A stretch of DNA of 64,000 nt from Malacoraja senta (lineage: Eukaryota): contig CM075978.1 of the NCBI GenBank assembly GCA_038087875.1, positions 136,462,001 through 136,526,000 of the forward strand, in the 5' to 3' direction. Position numbers and translations under genes: made by a program. Below, piece by piece: positions 13,344-27,473 of the stretch (position 1 is the first letter of the stretch; the number at the start of each line of letters is the position of its first letter). The notes beneath the pieces were generated by a model. The model was given only the letters and a program-made list of their open reading frames with translations. It made no database searches and was not told the origin of the DNA.

Positions 13344-15660
13344 AAGGAGGAGTATCCGTGCAGTATGATTGCTCCCAACGGCAATCTTCTTCCCAGAGGG
13401 CAATCCAAACTTCGAATACCTTCATGTTCTACATCCAAATTTGTGCTTCATTAGGCTACAGAGTGTTCAAGGTTTCCATTGTGGACACCCTAATTGCCTA
13501 TTTGAAGCAGTAATTCCAGCGCGGGGAAGGACCCCAGTATCAAACTGAGCCACATCACAACAAATGGGAGTGCCATGTTGATATATGTGTATATGGGTGG
13601 CTGGGAGTAGAACAAAAGGCTGCTATTTGTCTGAAGGCTCCTGGGGAAAGATGCCATATCAAAACTAGCACAACATCCGTCAGACCTGTCTCCAACTTCC
13701 CTTATCAATTACTGAGCTGTCATCTAAACTCTTGCACATAAGCAAATGTTAAAACATTTAAAACAAGCCTGCATAATGCGTTTCTGCCACGTAACACAGA
13801 GACCTATCTTGGCAGATGTGAAGAAACAGTAGCTACCAAAGGTGCTCAATCCGGCAACGCAGCAAGAATGAAGCAAACAATTCCAGAACTGGGTTTTATT
13901 TTTGTAAAAGGAAAGGGATATGAAACATTGTTTATTAAACACACCGCATCAGAAATTTTAGGTTTTCAGAAAAGAATACTCCCAAGGTTATATTCTACAC
14001 TTGCTGATGCAATGCTGGCAACATATGTGTTCGGTGCACATGTAAAAGCACCCAGTTATAAAGCTTGATTACCCTTTTTTGTAATTTGTGGATGGAAAGA
14101 GAGATGGAAAGGGCTAGGGCAGCATTGCAAACTACTATGCACGCCAATGCTGCTTTTAACATCATTATTTTCTATTACTTAGAAATAAACCAATGTGACT
14201 CAAAATATTGTTTTAAATTGTAATGTAAAATGGGCTCTTAATTTGCCATAAGCTGTGTTTGTTTGAAGGTAAAATTCTCAGAACCTAGTTTTGGAGTAAG
14301 CTTCACGCACGGCAATAACTTTGAGATTGAAGTAACATCATCTGTATTTTAGGTAGCAACGTAGAGTGAGCCTTGATGCAGAGATCAGTGTAACAATGAC
14401 ATTACAATGACAGTGTCCTTTTAGCTGTGTCAGCATTTCACAACAATTTTGTTTTGCAAATTCCTGACATTAAACATTTCAAGATACATTAATAAATTGA
14501 ATTATGTTGTAAAATGATCCATCTTCTCAGTCCAATGTGGTATCTGAAGTGGATTAGCTCAATTTCATATTTATTTATTCCGTGAAAGATGGCCACATTT
14601 GTAAAGGTAGGTCATGTGCATTTGATTTGTGGTGGTTTTAAAATGCAGTCTAGTAGAAGGTGATAAAGGGGATTCTCTCTCTTTCAAGAGCCATTACTAT
14701 TAACATTTAATTACAAAGTACCATGAGTGCTCCTCTTGCAGAGGTCAGGCTTCCGACTCCTGCAAAACGCGCAGAAATCCTTCCAACGTATTATTTCACT
14801 ATTTAATTCGATGGTCTGTTTTTAAAATTGTAACTGTCTCCCTGTGTACTTTCGTTCTATATCTTGCTTGCTTTTTGAAGATACAGGATCATGTGTTCCG
14901 AGATAGCCTGCAAGCTGGGCTAGTCAATGGTTGTGACAAACACAGTTTTAAGAACAGGTAAGGTAAAAGTGTGATTAAGTTAGGAGAATCCACACAGACT
15001 CAGTTCCCTTCCTAACATCCACAACACCTTTGCACCCCCACGAGCTCAATATTGAATCTCCAATTGAACATACAACAGGTATGTAATCTTCTACTTGGTG
15101 ACTCTGTGATGAAATGAAATGCTTGTTGAAATAGAACTTTGGAATTGAACTCTTGTAATCAGAAGAAATTATTTACATGAAGCTTCTTTATTGACATAGT
15201 TCAGTACTTGAATATACATGTGGGGGAAAACTCAAATAATTGGTTTTCATAAATCCTATTGTTGAGATAATTGCAAAAGTTTGGTGAAATTGCTGGCCAC
15301 TGTGGACAACAACCATAATTAGTTATCTCCTAAATATTATGCACATCACATTATTAAGTCGGATAACATCTCTCAAAAATAAATTGAAAACAATGAAAGT
15401 CATGAAATGAGCTTGTTAAAACTTACAAAATTAGCTACCAGAATGTAATAAATATAAAACAGATGTGTATTTATTTAACCTACCTCTGCAGATTTGTCAA
15501 TGAAACATATAATATTGACATTAATATTATGTGTGCTTATGTTATTTCAGTCACATAAAAATGATTGCAGGGATCACAATGAAATGTGAGTGCATTCATT
15601 TACACCATATTTTGCAATGCATTTAAAAGGTAAATCGATTAAGGCTTTTCCTTACCTTTA

Positions 15661-15918
<258 letters not shown>

Positions 15919-17964
15919 TCATTTAAAGGAGATATAGCTGGATATCTGATTTCTTAAATGTTCCACCTCTTTCTCCCTCTGTGCTGTCTTCCCTACCCTC
16001 CTCCCCAACCTTCCATGGTCCTCTGTGGTTAAATACATTAGTGTCTTAATGAAAATGCATTTTGTTTATTGTCCTCTGGAGAGGAGGGTCATCGCACAGA
16101 GTGCATAAATTGCCAGTGCAGACAAGGCAGGTTGGCAGTGAGTGTAATTGTAACCTTGATACTTCATGTTAGCAGCACTCAGGGTCCATCACATTCCCCT
16201 AGAAACATATGCAACTCCCTGTAATTAGCACCGCATCCACCTGGGACAGCAGCTCTGATGAAATATTTCAGAGTTAATCACACTTTGTAAACACTGATTT
16301 ATATTGACTACCCTTCTCTGAGCCGACGCTTCCTCATTAAATAACAGATTAGTGGAACACTAAGAGACTAAATACTAAAAACTCCTCACTCAATGCAAAA
16401 CCTTGTGCAAAACAACTGGTTTGGGAAAGAAATCTATTCGCACATATACATCCTTTCGGGCAATTGCTTAAAGGAGATTATAATTTACCTTGTATTCAGG
16501 ACGGCATACATTATACAATCTCTGCTTTCGGAAAGAAAAATTGATTGTTGAAATTCCTAATTCCGTTTACATATACCAAAAAAAGCATACATTTCTAACC
16601 ATGCATTTATATGTATTAGAACAGAGACTGGTAAATTTGGTAGCATATAACTTGAACATATGGACATGAAGTTTTTTTTTTGAATGAAATTTTCTCTTGG
16701 TCTTGTCTATATTTGCTTAATAGAAGATATTCAAAATGAAAAATAAAACCTGCTGGGTTCCATTTATGGAAACATTTATTGCTATGTGCAATCTGTAACT
16801 TGCTGTAAAAGTGTCTTCACAGCCACGTAAATGAAAACAGGGATTGATTGACATAATGTAGCATATGGGACGATGATGGTGCATGTATCAGGTCAGTACC
16901 ATTCGGTACAGCAGCCTTTGATGCTGAATGTGACAAACTGCTGGGCAACAAACAGAGTCAGTGACCAAATACTGATTCCATTATAACCTAATTACCTATT
17001 GAAGCTCTTGGAAATTAAATGGTTGCAGTAATGTAATAGGTTCAGGTAGGACAGGAGAGAGGAGCTTTGATGCAATGACTATATTGTGTATTATATCGCC
17101 GCATAAACTCTAAGATTTCAAAGTTGCGAAAGAATAAACACTCCCATTTTCTCAGATGTACCTCATGATATCAGATACAAAATCGTACCTTAATCTAAAC
17201 AATAATTGTGATCTGATTCCGAATGAATTGACACTTTATAGAGGATGCAAGCTGAACATAAGCCATTGAAAGCCAGCTCCCTGTTGGATCTAACACCTAT
17301 CTTTCAATCTTCTCACTGTATCTTAATTTATATCAATGCTTTGTACAGATGTTACACACACAGATACAAATTAAATGGGTCATTGTGGTTAATAGAGACA
17401 TTTACTTCTGGGAAAAATGCTTGAGAAAAATGTTGTGAAAAGTTCTTTTCAAGTTTTTTTATCTCCCTTCACATTAATTAATCACTATATGCACCATTAA
17501 CCAATCATCAATGCAATTCACATAAACTATTCATTTCATTTTAGATATTATGAAAATCTCTGTTCAATGACAAAATTAAGGTATTTTGTTTTAATTTAGA
17601 ACATTATTCACTAATTTAAGGTGAATTATCTTCTAAATTGAAACTAAATACCTTCATAATATATTTGAATTAATGAAAACCTGAGCATTTAAGTAAAAAA
17701 GAACAATGATTGTTTTTAGAGCAACAGACACTTAGCCAAAGCTTAATTAAACCCAGTATTTTAAGAGCAAAAAATAGTAAAGGAAAATTACCAATCAACA
17801 TTTTATCTGAAATAATCCAATTTTTTCAGAATTACACATTTTATTAATTTGTCATTCTAAATGAAAATAATTGTGCACAATCAGACCATCCCTGTTAAGG
17901 ACTGTGGAATAGACTAAAAGAGTTAACAGAACAGGAGGGTTGCACTGATGTGTTGTAGTTTCAG

Positions 17965-18245
17965 CGGCCTGGGTGCGAACCTGACCTTGGGTGATGTGTG
18001 CATAGAGTTTGTATCTTCTTCCCCAGGCCTGTGTGGGTTTTCTCTCGTTGTTCAGGTTTCCTCCCACCTCCCGAAGATATGCAGGTTATTAGGTTGATTG
18101 TTATCTATAAATTTCCAAAAGTGTGGACGAAAGGTAGGTAAAACCAGGGCATTGTTATGGGTTGCGTGAAAGATTAAATAGAGGAGGTGGGGAAATGGGA
18201 TGTGTCTGAGAGCTGGAACTGACTCAATGGGCCAGACCTCCTATG
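17965..18245 (+). mobile_element. V-SINE (HE1-like), degenerate
   Basis: V-domain-like GAGTTTGTATCTTCTTCCC...GTGGGTTTTCTC...GGTTTCCTCCCAC. Confidence 0.7.
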
Positions 18246-18439
18246 TTTGAAATTACCTGGCAAAGACAACTGCTGACCTCTTTGCCTCATCTGAGGAAAG
18301 TTTGTAAAACCAAGTTTGATCTGTACAAAAGTGCTTTATCTTCAGATAACCTAGTAGCTCAAATTTTATTTTGTCAGCTGATAACCACAACCACAAATTT
18401 AGCTTGATCAATTAATCAAATTCGAGAGCTAGCGGGAGG

Positions 18440-18628
18440 AGTGGCACGGCAGTCGAGCTGCTGCTTCAAAGCAACAGAGAAATGCGGGTTGTACATTAAT
18501 TGACCTCTGAAAATTTCCCCTAGTGTGTAAGATGCAAAAGTGGGATAACATGAACTAGTGTGTGATGGTCAGCATGGACTTGGTGGGCCAAAGGGCCTGT
18601 TTCCACGCTGTATCTCTAAACTAAACTA
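18440..18628 (+). mobile_element. HE1-like SINE with internal deletion and (AAACT)n tail
   Basis: tRNA-like head GTGGCACGGCAGTCGAGCTGCTGC joined to a CR1-shared tail GGGCCAAAGGGCCTGTTTCCACGCTGTATCTCTAAACTAAACT. Confidence 0.75.
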
Positions 18629-18752
18629 ATAGAAGCTGACTGAAGCAAAGTTGTGCTAAAACTCTCTTGGTTTTATGTTTTACGTGGCTTTCTGTTTTGC
18701 TTTTTTTACAAATATTGCAAGGATACGTGATAGAATATGAAGGGGGCATTAC

Positions 18753-19165
18753 CTTGTATAGTGCGCTTGAAGAACGCTTTGCATGCCTCACATGAAGCCA
18801 CACCATAGTGATATCCTGATGCTATGTCGCCGCAGACCAAACATAATCTTTTAGGCATGGAGTTCAACATGTACTCGCACTTGGTCTGCGAGTCTTCGGC
18901 TATAGTGCTTGAACAGTCGTCGTATCGTTTACGGGAGCTGCCGTTGGTACCCAGGGTGGTGGTGGTGTAGAGCGGGGGTGAGTCCAGGCCATTCTGGTGT
19001 CCATTCATTGTGGAGCTGTAGCTCCCACTGGCGTCCGACGAGCCACCTGGACTGTGGTGATTGATACTGTCTGTCAGTGAGGCAGGGCTGGACGGCTCTG
19101 TCTTAATGTATGATGAGCAGCTCGAATCAATGTGTCGATCCTTTGCTGACATTCTGCAGAGAAGC
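18753..19165 (-). CDS. ESRRG: ESRRG coding exon 2 (413 nt): [27 protein letters not shown]...[30 protein letters not shown]; contains the short-isoform ATG at 19152
   Basis: ORF 18706..19152 encodes a nuclear-receptor C4 zinc finger with the ER/ERR P-box CEACKA and an ERR-gamma-type N-terminus. Acceptor CACAG|G at 19166/19165, donor CAAG|GTAAT at 18753/18752. Confidence 0.98.
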
Positions 19166-22100
19166 CTGTGGAAAGCATTGAATTAAAAACAACATTCTTT
19201 AGGGCTTTCCTGAGAGGCAAGAGACCAGGCATCATTCATTCGTTAGTCAATACAAGTTGTTCTACACGAACATAATCAGCATAAGGGCACGACAGAGGTT
19301 TATCAAAACTGGAGACAGGTGGTAAACAAAACATAAAGCAGGGGAGGGGGTTGCGTGGAGGAGGGGCAGAAAGAATAGAAACGATCCACACAAACTATTC
19401 CCTCCCAAGATCAGTTCTTGCACTTAAATTCTACCCGAGCAATGACTACTCACATTCGCTGCGAGAACAGTTCAAAGAAAGATAGGCTATCTGCGTATAA
19501 TCGTCCCTGGATTGCGGCAGAAAGACTTACAAGATTGTTTTAATACTCATACGCTGGACAAAACCAGCACGGAAAGATTTAAAAGCAGTGACTGCAGTTA
19601 ACACGTTGAGATTTAAATGTGGGTTGTCTCAAAATGCTAATAGAAAAGTTGTAACCAAAAAAGTACAAAGGCAAAATTCCCCAAAGATTGATTTAATAAT
19701 TTTTCAATTGACACAAATTAACCCCCATTTGAAAAACACAACCGAATCTTTGGCTTCAGTGCAGAGTGATATCAAATTTTGCATTGACAGCATAAAATGG
19801 AAATAAGTCAATTCTTCACCCACAAAAGGATAAGATCATAACCTCCCAAATAGCTTTTTTTCTGACAGAAAAGGTTTTCTTTGTTAAATATAGTTTTTAG
19901 AATTCCATTGCTCGAGTGGCTAATGTGAATTTTAGTGCCTCTAATTTTAAATTCAACTGCAGATCAGAATAAAAACTAGCACCTGACAACTGAATTTATA
20001 GATAGTTGTGGATGTTCCAGTTCCACGTTAATAGTGCCATGGAATTTCAAGGGGAGAGAGGAAGAGTGCACTAATAATTTTCAACTGAAGCCTGTGAACA
20101 TAATGTATTGGAGAGCAGTAATTACAATGTAATAAGTGGAAGAGTAAGTACTCTAAATTAGATGAATTCACAGAGCTGTTGTAAGTCAATGCACATTCTG
20201 CTCACTCTAATGTTGACTTGGGAAAAATTTAATCCCCACTCTTTGCCCCGAGTGGTAGTCAAGGGATGGGAGAGATATCAATTAATTACTGCTCTCATTA
20301 ACAGCACTGGCTGCAAGGAAAATTTGTTGCAGGCAGGGTCCTTGACTCATACAGTCTGGTAAAAGAATGTCTCTCTGAAACCATACTGAGCTGGACAGAA
20401 AGAGCATTTACCTGCTTGACACTTTAACCCCTTTCTATAATAACAAAGAGAAATATGTAGTGCATTGCTAGATAGTAGAAGACAACCGATAAGCCGTTGT
20501 AGACATTTTTATTAAAGCTGCAGTTAAATGATTGACCAAATGCAATTAAGCAACTATAAAGTATAAAGCAGGAAACCTAACAGTCAAAAAGGATTAGTTT
20601 GTTTCCTTATTTATACTAATTAGTTCACTGAATTCATTTAGCTAATAGCAAGGTGCAAGTATTAATTTTACCACTTATTTCCTTCAATTGCTGGGAGTCT
20701 CCAGTAGGCTTATGTCAGGTAGCTGACTTATATACTTATGCTGCCAACAGAGTTAAATAAATCTCCAGGTATTTGAAAACAATGTAGTGAAAGAAAGCAA
20801 CAGGGATGAGGCAAAACAAAACTTAAAAATCCCTTGTTGGTTTTAGTCAATTGATGCATTGGCAAGATACGGCAATCTGTACGTTACTTCCATTACCTCT
20901 AGAGAATATCTGGGTTTGTCAGTAAGATTTCTGTCCATTCAGAAAATTCTGTGAACATATTTACTGCAGTGCAGGCTTGATAAGGCATTTGGAATGGACC
21001 CTTCTATGGCCTCAGCAGCATTCTGTGATCCATATCTATTCTGGAGTATTATGAACAGATATCTAAGAGTATTACGGTCATATTTTTCAGAGGACACTGC
21101 AAGCTGAGGCGTCACAGCATCTGGCCTTTGACCTGCAGATTGCCAAACGAAGAGATGGTCAGTAGTTGGACTTGAATTCTCCTGCCTCGGCTAAGTGAGT
21201 TTTGTCACTTCTTTGTTGGGCTTTGAAGAGGAGAAAATGACATCACTCAGCTCATTGCACTCCAGTGATTTCCAAAGCTAACACAGAACCCTACGTTGCC
21301 GGCTATGACACCTTGTAAGGCAGCAAGCCATCCATTATGAGAAAAACATAAAAGTTCCCCCTTCCATCTTCATATCAAAGGAATATACAGGCACCAAAAT
21401 ATGGCACCATATTTGTTAGACTGGATGGACCATTAATTTCAACAACAATTCTATTGAATTTTGTTAAAATTATTTGAATATTGCCAAGTTGAACATATTA
21501 GTAATTCCTTTGTCCAAAACAGTGCTTAACTATTACTGCTGCAGTTATGTATTTAACTCTATTTACAAACCATTCAATGTAATTGCTATTGTGGAAATGA
21601 TAATAGCTGCATCAATTTCCGATCCTTCCACATTCAGGCAAGATTCAGCATGCATGTATTTCTTGCTTGTTAATCACAAGCTCAGGATAACATTGTGCCT
21701 TTTTTTAAGTGTCAAGTAATTTATTAACTGGTCTGTCCTGGATATAGGTTAGTAATTAAATTCAACAGAATATCAGCCTTTAAAAAAAATCCTTAGCTGC
21801 TCATTTTTGCAAATACTATATTCAAGTTATTGATACATACATTAGGTTTTGAAAAGTATTGAATTTAATCTTGAACTTGTGGCAGCTGACAGTATAGTTA
21901 TTTTATCGGAACAGAATATTATTTTAAGCCATCCTCATGAATCAATTTTCTTTTCATTCTCATATTTCCCTCTTGCTTTGAATAAGTTGTCCAAACCAAA
22001 GAAGCAGGCGCCTCTGAATTTTAGATTAGCGGTTTAGAAAGTACCACTGTAATTATTTTGTGCTTCAGTGAATGAATCCAGTTATGTTGTTAACTCTTCT

Positions 22101-22710
22101 CCTTTGGAGAACACGCTGTAATTCACTTTCTGCCTGAACTAATTGTACTCACCACACAAGGTGCCAAAATAAGAAAAGTGGAAACAAAATGCATACATTG
22201 TGGAAAGGGGTAAAAAAAGCACATCGAGATTATTCAGTATGTTGGGAGTCAACACTGTAATGTATGATTTGGAAAACATGACTATTTCAGCGTGACAAGG
22301 TGTCATTATGGAATCTAAATGATACAATAGCTTGTCAGCTGCCGGAGCAAACATATCATCATTGCATTAAGGCATTGTAGTGAGGAGGGAATGCTTCTTT
22401 TCAGTCGGCAACAATAGCATTTCATAAGTAAACCAGAGATTTCCATTGGTACGGATTAAAATCCCAAATCCAGTCAAATGAAAGTCAGTCAGATTGGGGA
22501 ACAATATGAAATGTGTGCTATTCTAGAGATTTTTTTTGTTTTCATTTTAATTAGTGTATGTAAGTTCTAAATTACCACCATAAAGGTTGTGAATTTTTAC
22601 AGCTAAGGGCAGAAAGTCGAATATTCTGTAAATAGATGTGAAAGAAGGGATCTGCTGGAGGTTGGGTAGTTAAAAATGGCAGGCAGCAGATATTATAACA
22701 GGAAGAGTTA

Positions 22711-23455
22711 TGGGCCTGTCCCACTTAGGCGACTTTTTAGGCAACTGCAGGAGACTATGCAGTCGTCACATGGTTGCCACATGTTCGCGGGTGGTTGCCG
22801 GGGAGTCGCCTTCATGGTCGCGAGGAGTTCCCGCATTCTGGGAACTGTTCGCGGCCTCATTATGGTCGCCGTGAATTTTTCAACATGTCGAAAAATTAGC
22901 GGCGACTAGAATGAAGCCGCGATGGAGAGTAGCGAGAATTCTCGAGCCGTAGGTGGGTCGCCAGGAGGTCCTAATGGGTTGCCAGGAGGTCAAAGGTTCT
23001 CGGAGGTTGTAGCCGGTGCTGACCGGTGAATTTCATTGGGTCATTGGGGGAAAAGAAGGTAAGCAGTAGTTTTCAGAACCAAGGATACGTTAAATGTCCG
23101 CCGAGCTTCACAGCCATGTTTCTCTGGTTTCTTAAAAGTTGTCTCCACTCCTTCTCCCCCATTCTCCCCCCTCTCCCCCTCTTTTAATTTAGCTGTCTAA
23201 ATTACAGCGCCAACCTTCCTGTTCATCGCGGTGTGTGTCTGTATCACCTTGGCTTTGCACCATGTGAATTTTTTAGACAGGGCAAGCGGGGGGAGCGCTG
23301 TCTATAAAATTCACACAGGCTGGTGAAGGAAGCGATGTGTTTGTGTGTGTTCCACTCTGACAGTCGCCGTTCCAGTTGCCAGTTTTTCAGGCGACTGCCG
23401 GCAACTTGACAATCGCGGCAGTCCGCTGAAAAATCACCTAAGTGGGACAGGCCCA
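22711..23455. mobile_element. Non-autonomous DNA transposon (PIF/Harbinger-type MITE)
   Basis: TIR TGGGCCTGTCCCACTTAGG / CCTAAGTGGGACAGGCCCA. TTA on both flanks (22708-10, 23456-58). CpG-rich interior with no transposase ORF. Confidence 0.85.
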
Positions 23456-23510
23456 TTAAGAGGAAAACGAGAAGCTTCACATTGAAACTACTGATCAGAG
23501 TTTGACATTA

Positions 23511-24909
23511 TAGTGCCCTCCATAATGTTTGGGACAAAGACCCATCATTTACTTATTTGCCTCTGTACTCCACAATTTGAGATTTGTAATAGAAAAAAAT
23601 CACACGTGGTTAAAGTGCGCATTGTCAGATTTTAATAAAGACCATTTTTATATATTTTGGTTTTGTCATGTAGAAATTACAGCTGTGTTTATGCACTCGC
23701 CCCATTTCAGGGCACCATAATGTTTGGGACACAGCAATGTCATGTTAATGAAAGTAGTCATGTTTAGTATTTTGTTGCATATCCTTTGCATGCAATGACT
23801 GCATGAAGTCTGTGATTCATGGACATCACCAGTTGCTGGGTGTCTTCTCTGATGATGCTCTGCCAAGCCTGTATTGCAGCCATCTTTAGCTTATGTTTGT
23901 TTTGGGGGCTAGTCCTCTTCAGTTTTCTCCTTAGCATATAAAAGGCATGCTCAATTGGGTTCAGATCAGATGATTGACTTGGCCACTCAAGAATTGACCA
24001 TTTTTTAGCGTTGAAAATCTCCTTTGTTGCTTTAGCAGTATGTTTGAGATCATTGTCTTGCTGTAGAATGAACTACTGGCCAATGTGTTTTGAGGCATTT
24101 GTTTGAACTTGAGCAAATAGGATGTGCCTATACACTTCAGAATTCATTATGCTACTACCATCAGCAGTTGTATCATCAATGAAGATAAGTGAGCCAGTTC
24201 CTTCAGCAGCCATACATGCCCAGGCCATAACACCCCCACCACCATGTTTCACAGATGAGGTGGTATGCTTTGGATCTTGGGCAGTTCTTTCTCTCCTGCA
24301 TACTTTGCTCTTGCCATCACTCCGATATGTTCATCTTCGTCTCATCTGTCCACAAGACCTTTTTCCAGAACTGTGGTTGCTCTTTTAAGCACTTGGTAAA
24401 CTGTAACCTGGCCATCCCATTTTTGTGGCTAACCAGTGGTTTGCATCTTGCAGTGTAGCCTCTGTATTTCTGTTCATGAAGTCTTCTGTGGACAGTGGTC
24501 ATTGACAAATCCGCACCTGAAGGGTGTTTCTGATCTGTCGGAGAGGTGTTTGGGGATTTTTCTTTATTATAGAGTGAATTCTTCTGACATCAGCTGTGGA
24601 GGTCTTCCTTGGCCTGCCAGTCCCCTTGCAATTAATAAGCTCAACAGTGCTCTCTTTCTTCTTAATAATGTTGCAAACACCTGTGAAGCCATGTGTCCCA
24701 CACATTATGGTGCCCTGAAATGGGGGGACTATGTATAAACATAGCTGTAATTTCTACATGGTGAAACCAAAACATATAAAAATGGCCTTTATGAAAATCT
24801 GACAATGTGCACTTTAACCACATGTGATTTTTTCTATCACAAATCTTAAATTGTGGAGTACAGAGGCAAATAAATAAATGATGGGTCCCAAACATTATGG
24901 AGGGCACTG
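23511..24909 (-). mobile_element. Tc1/mariner DNA transposon, IR/DR type, defective transposase
   Basis: About 220-bp inverted repeats (23511-23733 and 24692-24909) ending (T/C)AGTGCCCTCCATAATGTTTGGGAC, with an internal direct repeat of CCATAATGTTTGGGACA. TA on both flanks (23509-10, 24910-11). Minus-strand fragments GTGRPRKTS and FWKKVLWTDETKMN are Tc1 transposase motifs, broken by frameshifts. Confidence 0.95.
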
Positions 24910-27438
24910 TATGTCACACAATCCTCTCAATAGCAGTCTTTTACTCTCCTGGCAAGAAAGTGGCCATTGAAATACAACAATAAAGCAAACTACATTTGTT
25001 ATAATGGAGCTAACACATTGTCTGAAAAGGATACATTTAAAAAGGGTCAAATGCACACTGAAGGTACTTTGCATGAAAGACAAGGTCCCTTCAACCTTGG
25101 TGTTTGCCAAGATATGCATTCTACTTATTCGGAATGAGAGCAATTATTTGAGCAAAATTATCAACCTATTTCAATTTACTTGCATTTTTATTTTAGTTTA
25201 ATTTTATTTCTGCTCATATGTTAATTAAAATATTGTAAATTCTTTATGATGCTTTATGCATACGTTATCCTCAATACGCATAAAACGGCAACAATCTATA
25301 TATTTGTGTTAAATCATGCAGCACACCAGAGAAGATAAATAATTTAAACACTTTTTAATGCTGGGCTGGTATCGTGGCTGTGGTGTTATTTTCACTTTTG
25401 ATTACACACAGTCAAACAATGCAGTGATACAATTTATTCAATAATAATGTTATTATATAAAAGGCTGGAAGAACTGCAGGAAAAACTTTAATTGAGCTGA
25501 CTATAAAGAATAGCAAATTGAAACATTGCTTAAAACACTCTTGTCAATATCCTCACTAAATCTAATATAAACCAAGGCAATTTGATTAAGTAACTGTTGT
25601 AAAATGAATTTTATGAATCCTGATATATTTACGGGTATCCCTTTTCACTAAGTGTCCCTCCTCCTCCATTTTTGCTGTAACTCAATTATGCAACTTCTTT
25701 CAGTTGATCGAAAGATATCAAATGGTCAGCCTGTTACCCATCACTTACAATAAAGTTCACAAGTCTTTATCTATTACACCTGCCAGTTTGCAGAATGCAG
25801 CCATGTTCAATTATATAAATCAGTTGTGTTGTAACTTCTATAAATGCAACTGCATTTTCATATATTTTTTTAAACAACGTGGGAAAGGGTACACTGCAAA
25901 TTTATTGCATGGGAAATAAAAAATCAAAGTTTCTAACCGAAAAATATGTTTTTTACTTCCCCCATGCAATAATTTATTGCCTTATTCATCTTTCATGCCG
26001 CAGTTAATCTCACCTTATTTTTCTTTTACAGAACTTGAAGAGTATGAAATCTAACCTTCTGATATTATAACATATTGGTCACAGTTTCAAAATCTCAGCA
26101 CTGACAAGAGAGGCACCCAAATGAAATAAATCAAACCAACCCGAGGTTTTCAAATTATTTAGAGCAAGGAACAATGTTCATGAAGTAACTATTCAAATAT
26201 TCCCACTACTGTTGGTCACAAATTAAGTTGCTCTATCTACCTGCAGCCTCAAAGCTTAGCAATCTCACCATAATTCCAAAACAGACACCTATGATCCCAA
26301 TTTTGTGACCTTCAGTTTTTACAAATGGGCTGGTGGCTCAGGTCCAGAATTTCTTCCAAATTAGAGGAAATTTGAGAGGAGAAGGTTGATGGGAAAGATA
26401 CAGCAAATAGCTGCCAACAATCTAGGCCGCTGATTTTACGATGACAAGGAAACTGAGGGAGATAAATAGTTAAATTCTGAGAACAGAGGACATAACGTTT
26501 ACAGGAAGACTAAATGTCGGAGCAATGTACAGCAGCGGTATGCCTAAAGAAAATCCAGTCATGGCAGTTAGCTTACTTACAGCCATTAACATTCATATTT
26601 GTATCAGCAAAATAAGTCAGGAAAGTGCTCCTTTACATTGGTGCTGATAGTTTAACGTTGCCTTCTCTGTCATTATATTATTACGCAGATTACTTCCAAA
26701 GCATTGATGCTCATTACAGGACTAAATTTAATGCAAGGGATATATTCCAATAAAAATGAAATTATGCCCTATGTCCTATTATCCTCATTAAACAGAGATT
26801 GTGCACTGATTAGGATACATAGAAATCAATTGTTGTCTGGGAAAACAGACTTTGTAAAAAAAACCTCATAAGAAATACATTCCCATTCAATTTAAGTAAA
26901 TCCTTATTCACAAATTTTGAGAAAAAAACTGGACCTAAAATATACCGCAATCATGCAGCAGATTTTAATAAATGTGCATACGACTTATTGCACAGCTTGG
27001 TGCAAACATTTATTTGCACTAGACTTGCACTTACCTTGAAAATAAAATGCACAGAATATGTTTTCACTGTGATGCTCCTGCAGTTTTCAACAACAAAAAA
27101 GGCCCACACGCTACACCTGTTCGGTTCTTTTGCTAAGCACAGAATGGCATTTCATCACAATCACTGTTTAACTGAATGTTTAGCCTTAACGTCTTGCACC
27201 ATGCTGTCAGCTCACAACGGGGAGTCATGGAGTTGTTGGCACATTTGATTTTACTGCCATTAAGAAACTGACTTTACACACTGATTGTCCCAGCTTTCGT
27301 TTCAGATACTCCACAGTAACCACCTTTGCTTTTTTTTTATGATGACACTGTGACAAGGTGATTTTATACACTTGGATTTAGTAATAAAGATGTCAGTCAA
27401 TCTAAGAACCATCACAGCTGCTAATGAAGTTGCGTGGG

Positions 27439-27473
27439 TTGGTGGGGAGGGGGCGGGGGGGGGGGGGGGGTGG
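27439..27473. repeat. G-run tract
   Basis: GGTGGGGAGGGGGC followed by a long poly-G run. Confidence 0.85.

Noticed and set aside
1-15650. ESRRG exon 4 onward (VRLDRVRGGRQKYKRR and the ligand-binding domain)
   Set aside because: Not found by eye on the minus strand. Presumed to lie beyond the left edge.
18706-18752. C-terminal [14 protein letters not shown] of the 148-aa ORF
   Set aside because: Intron read-through past the donor at 18752.
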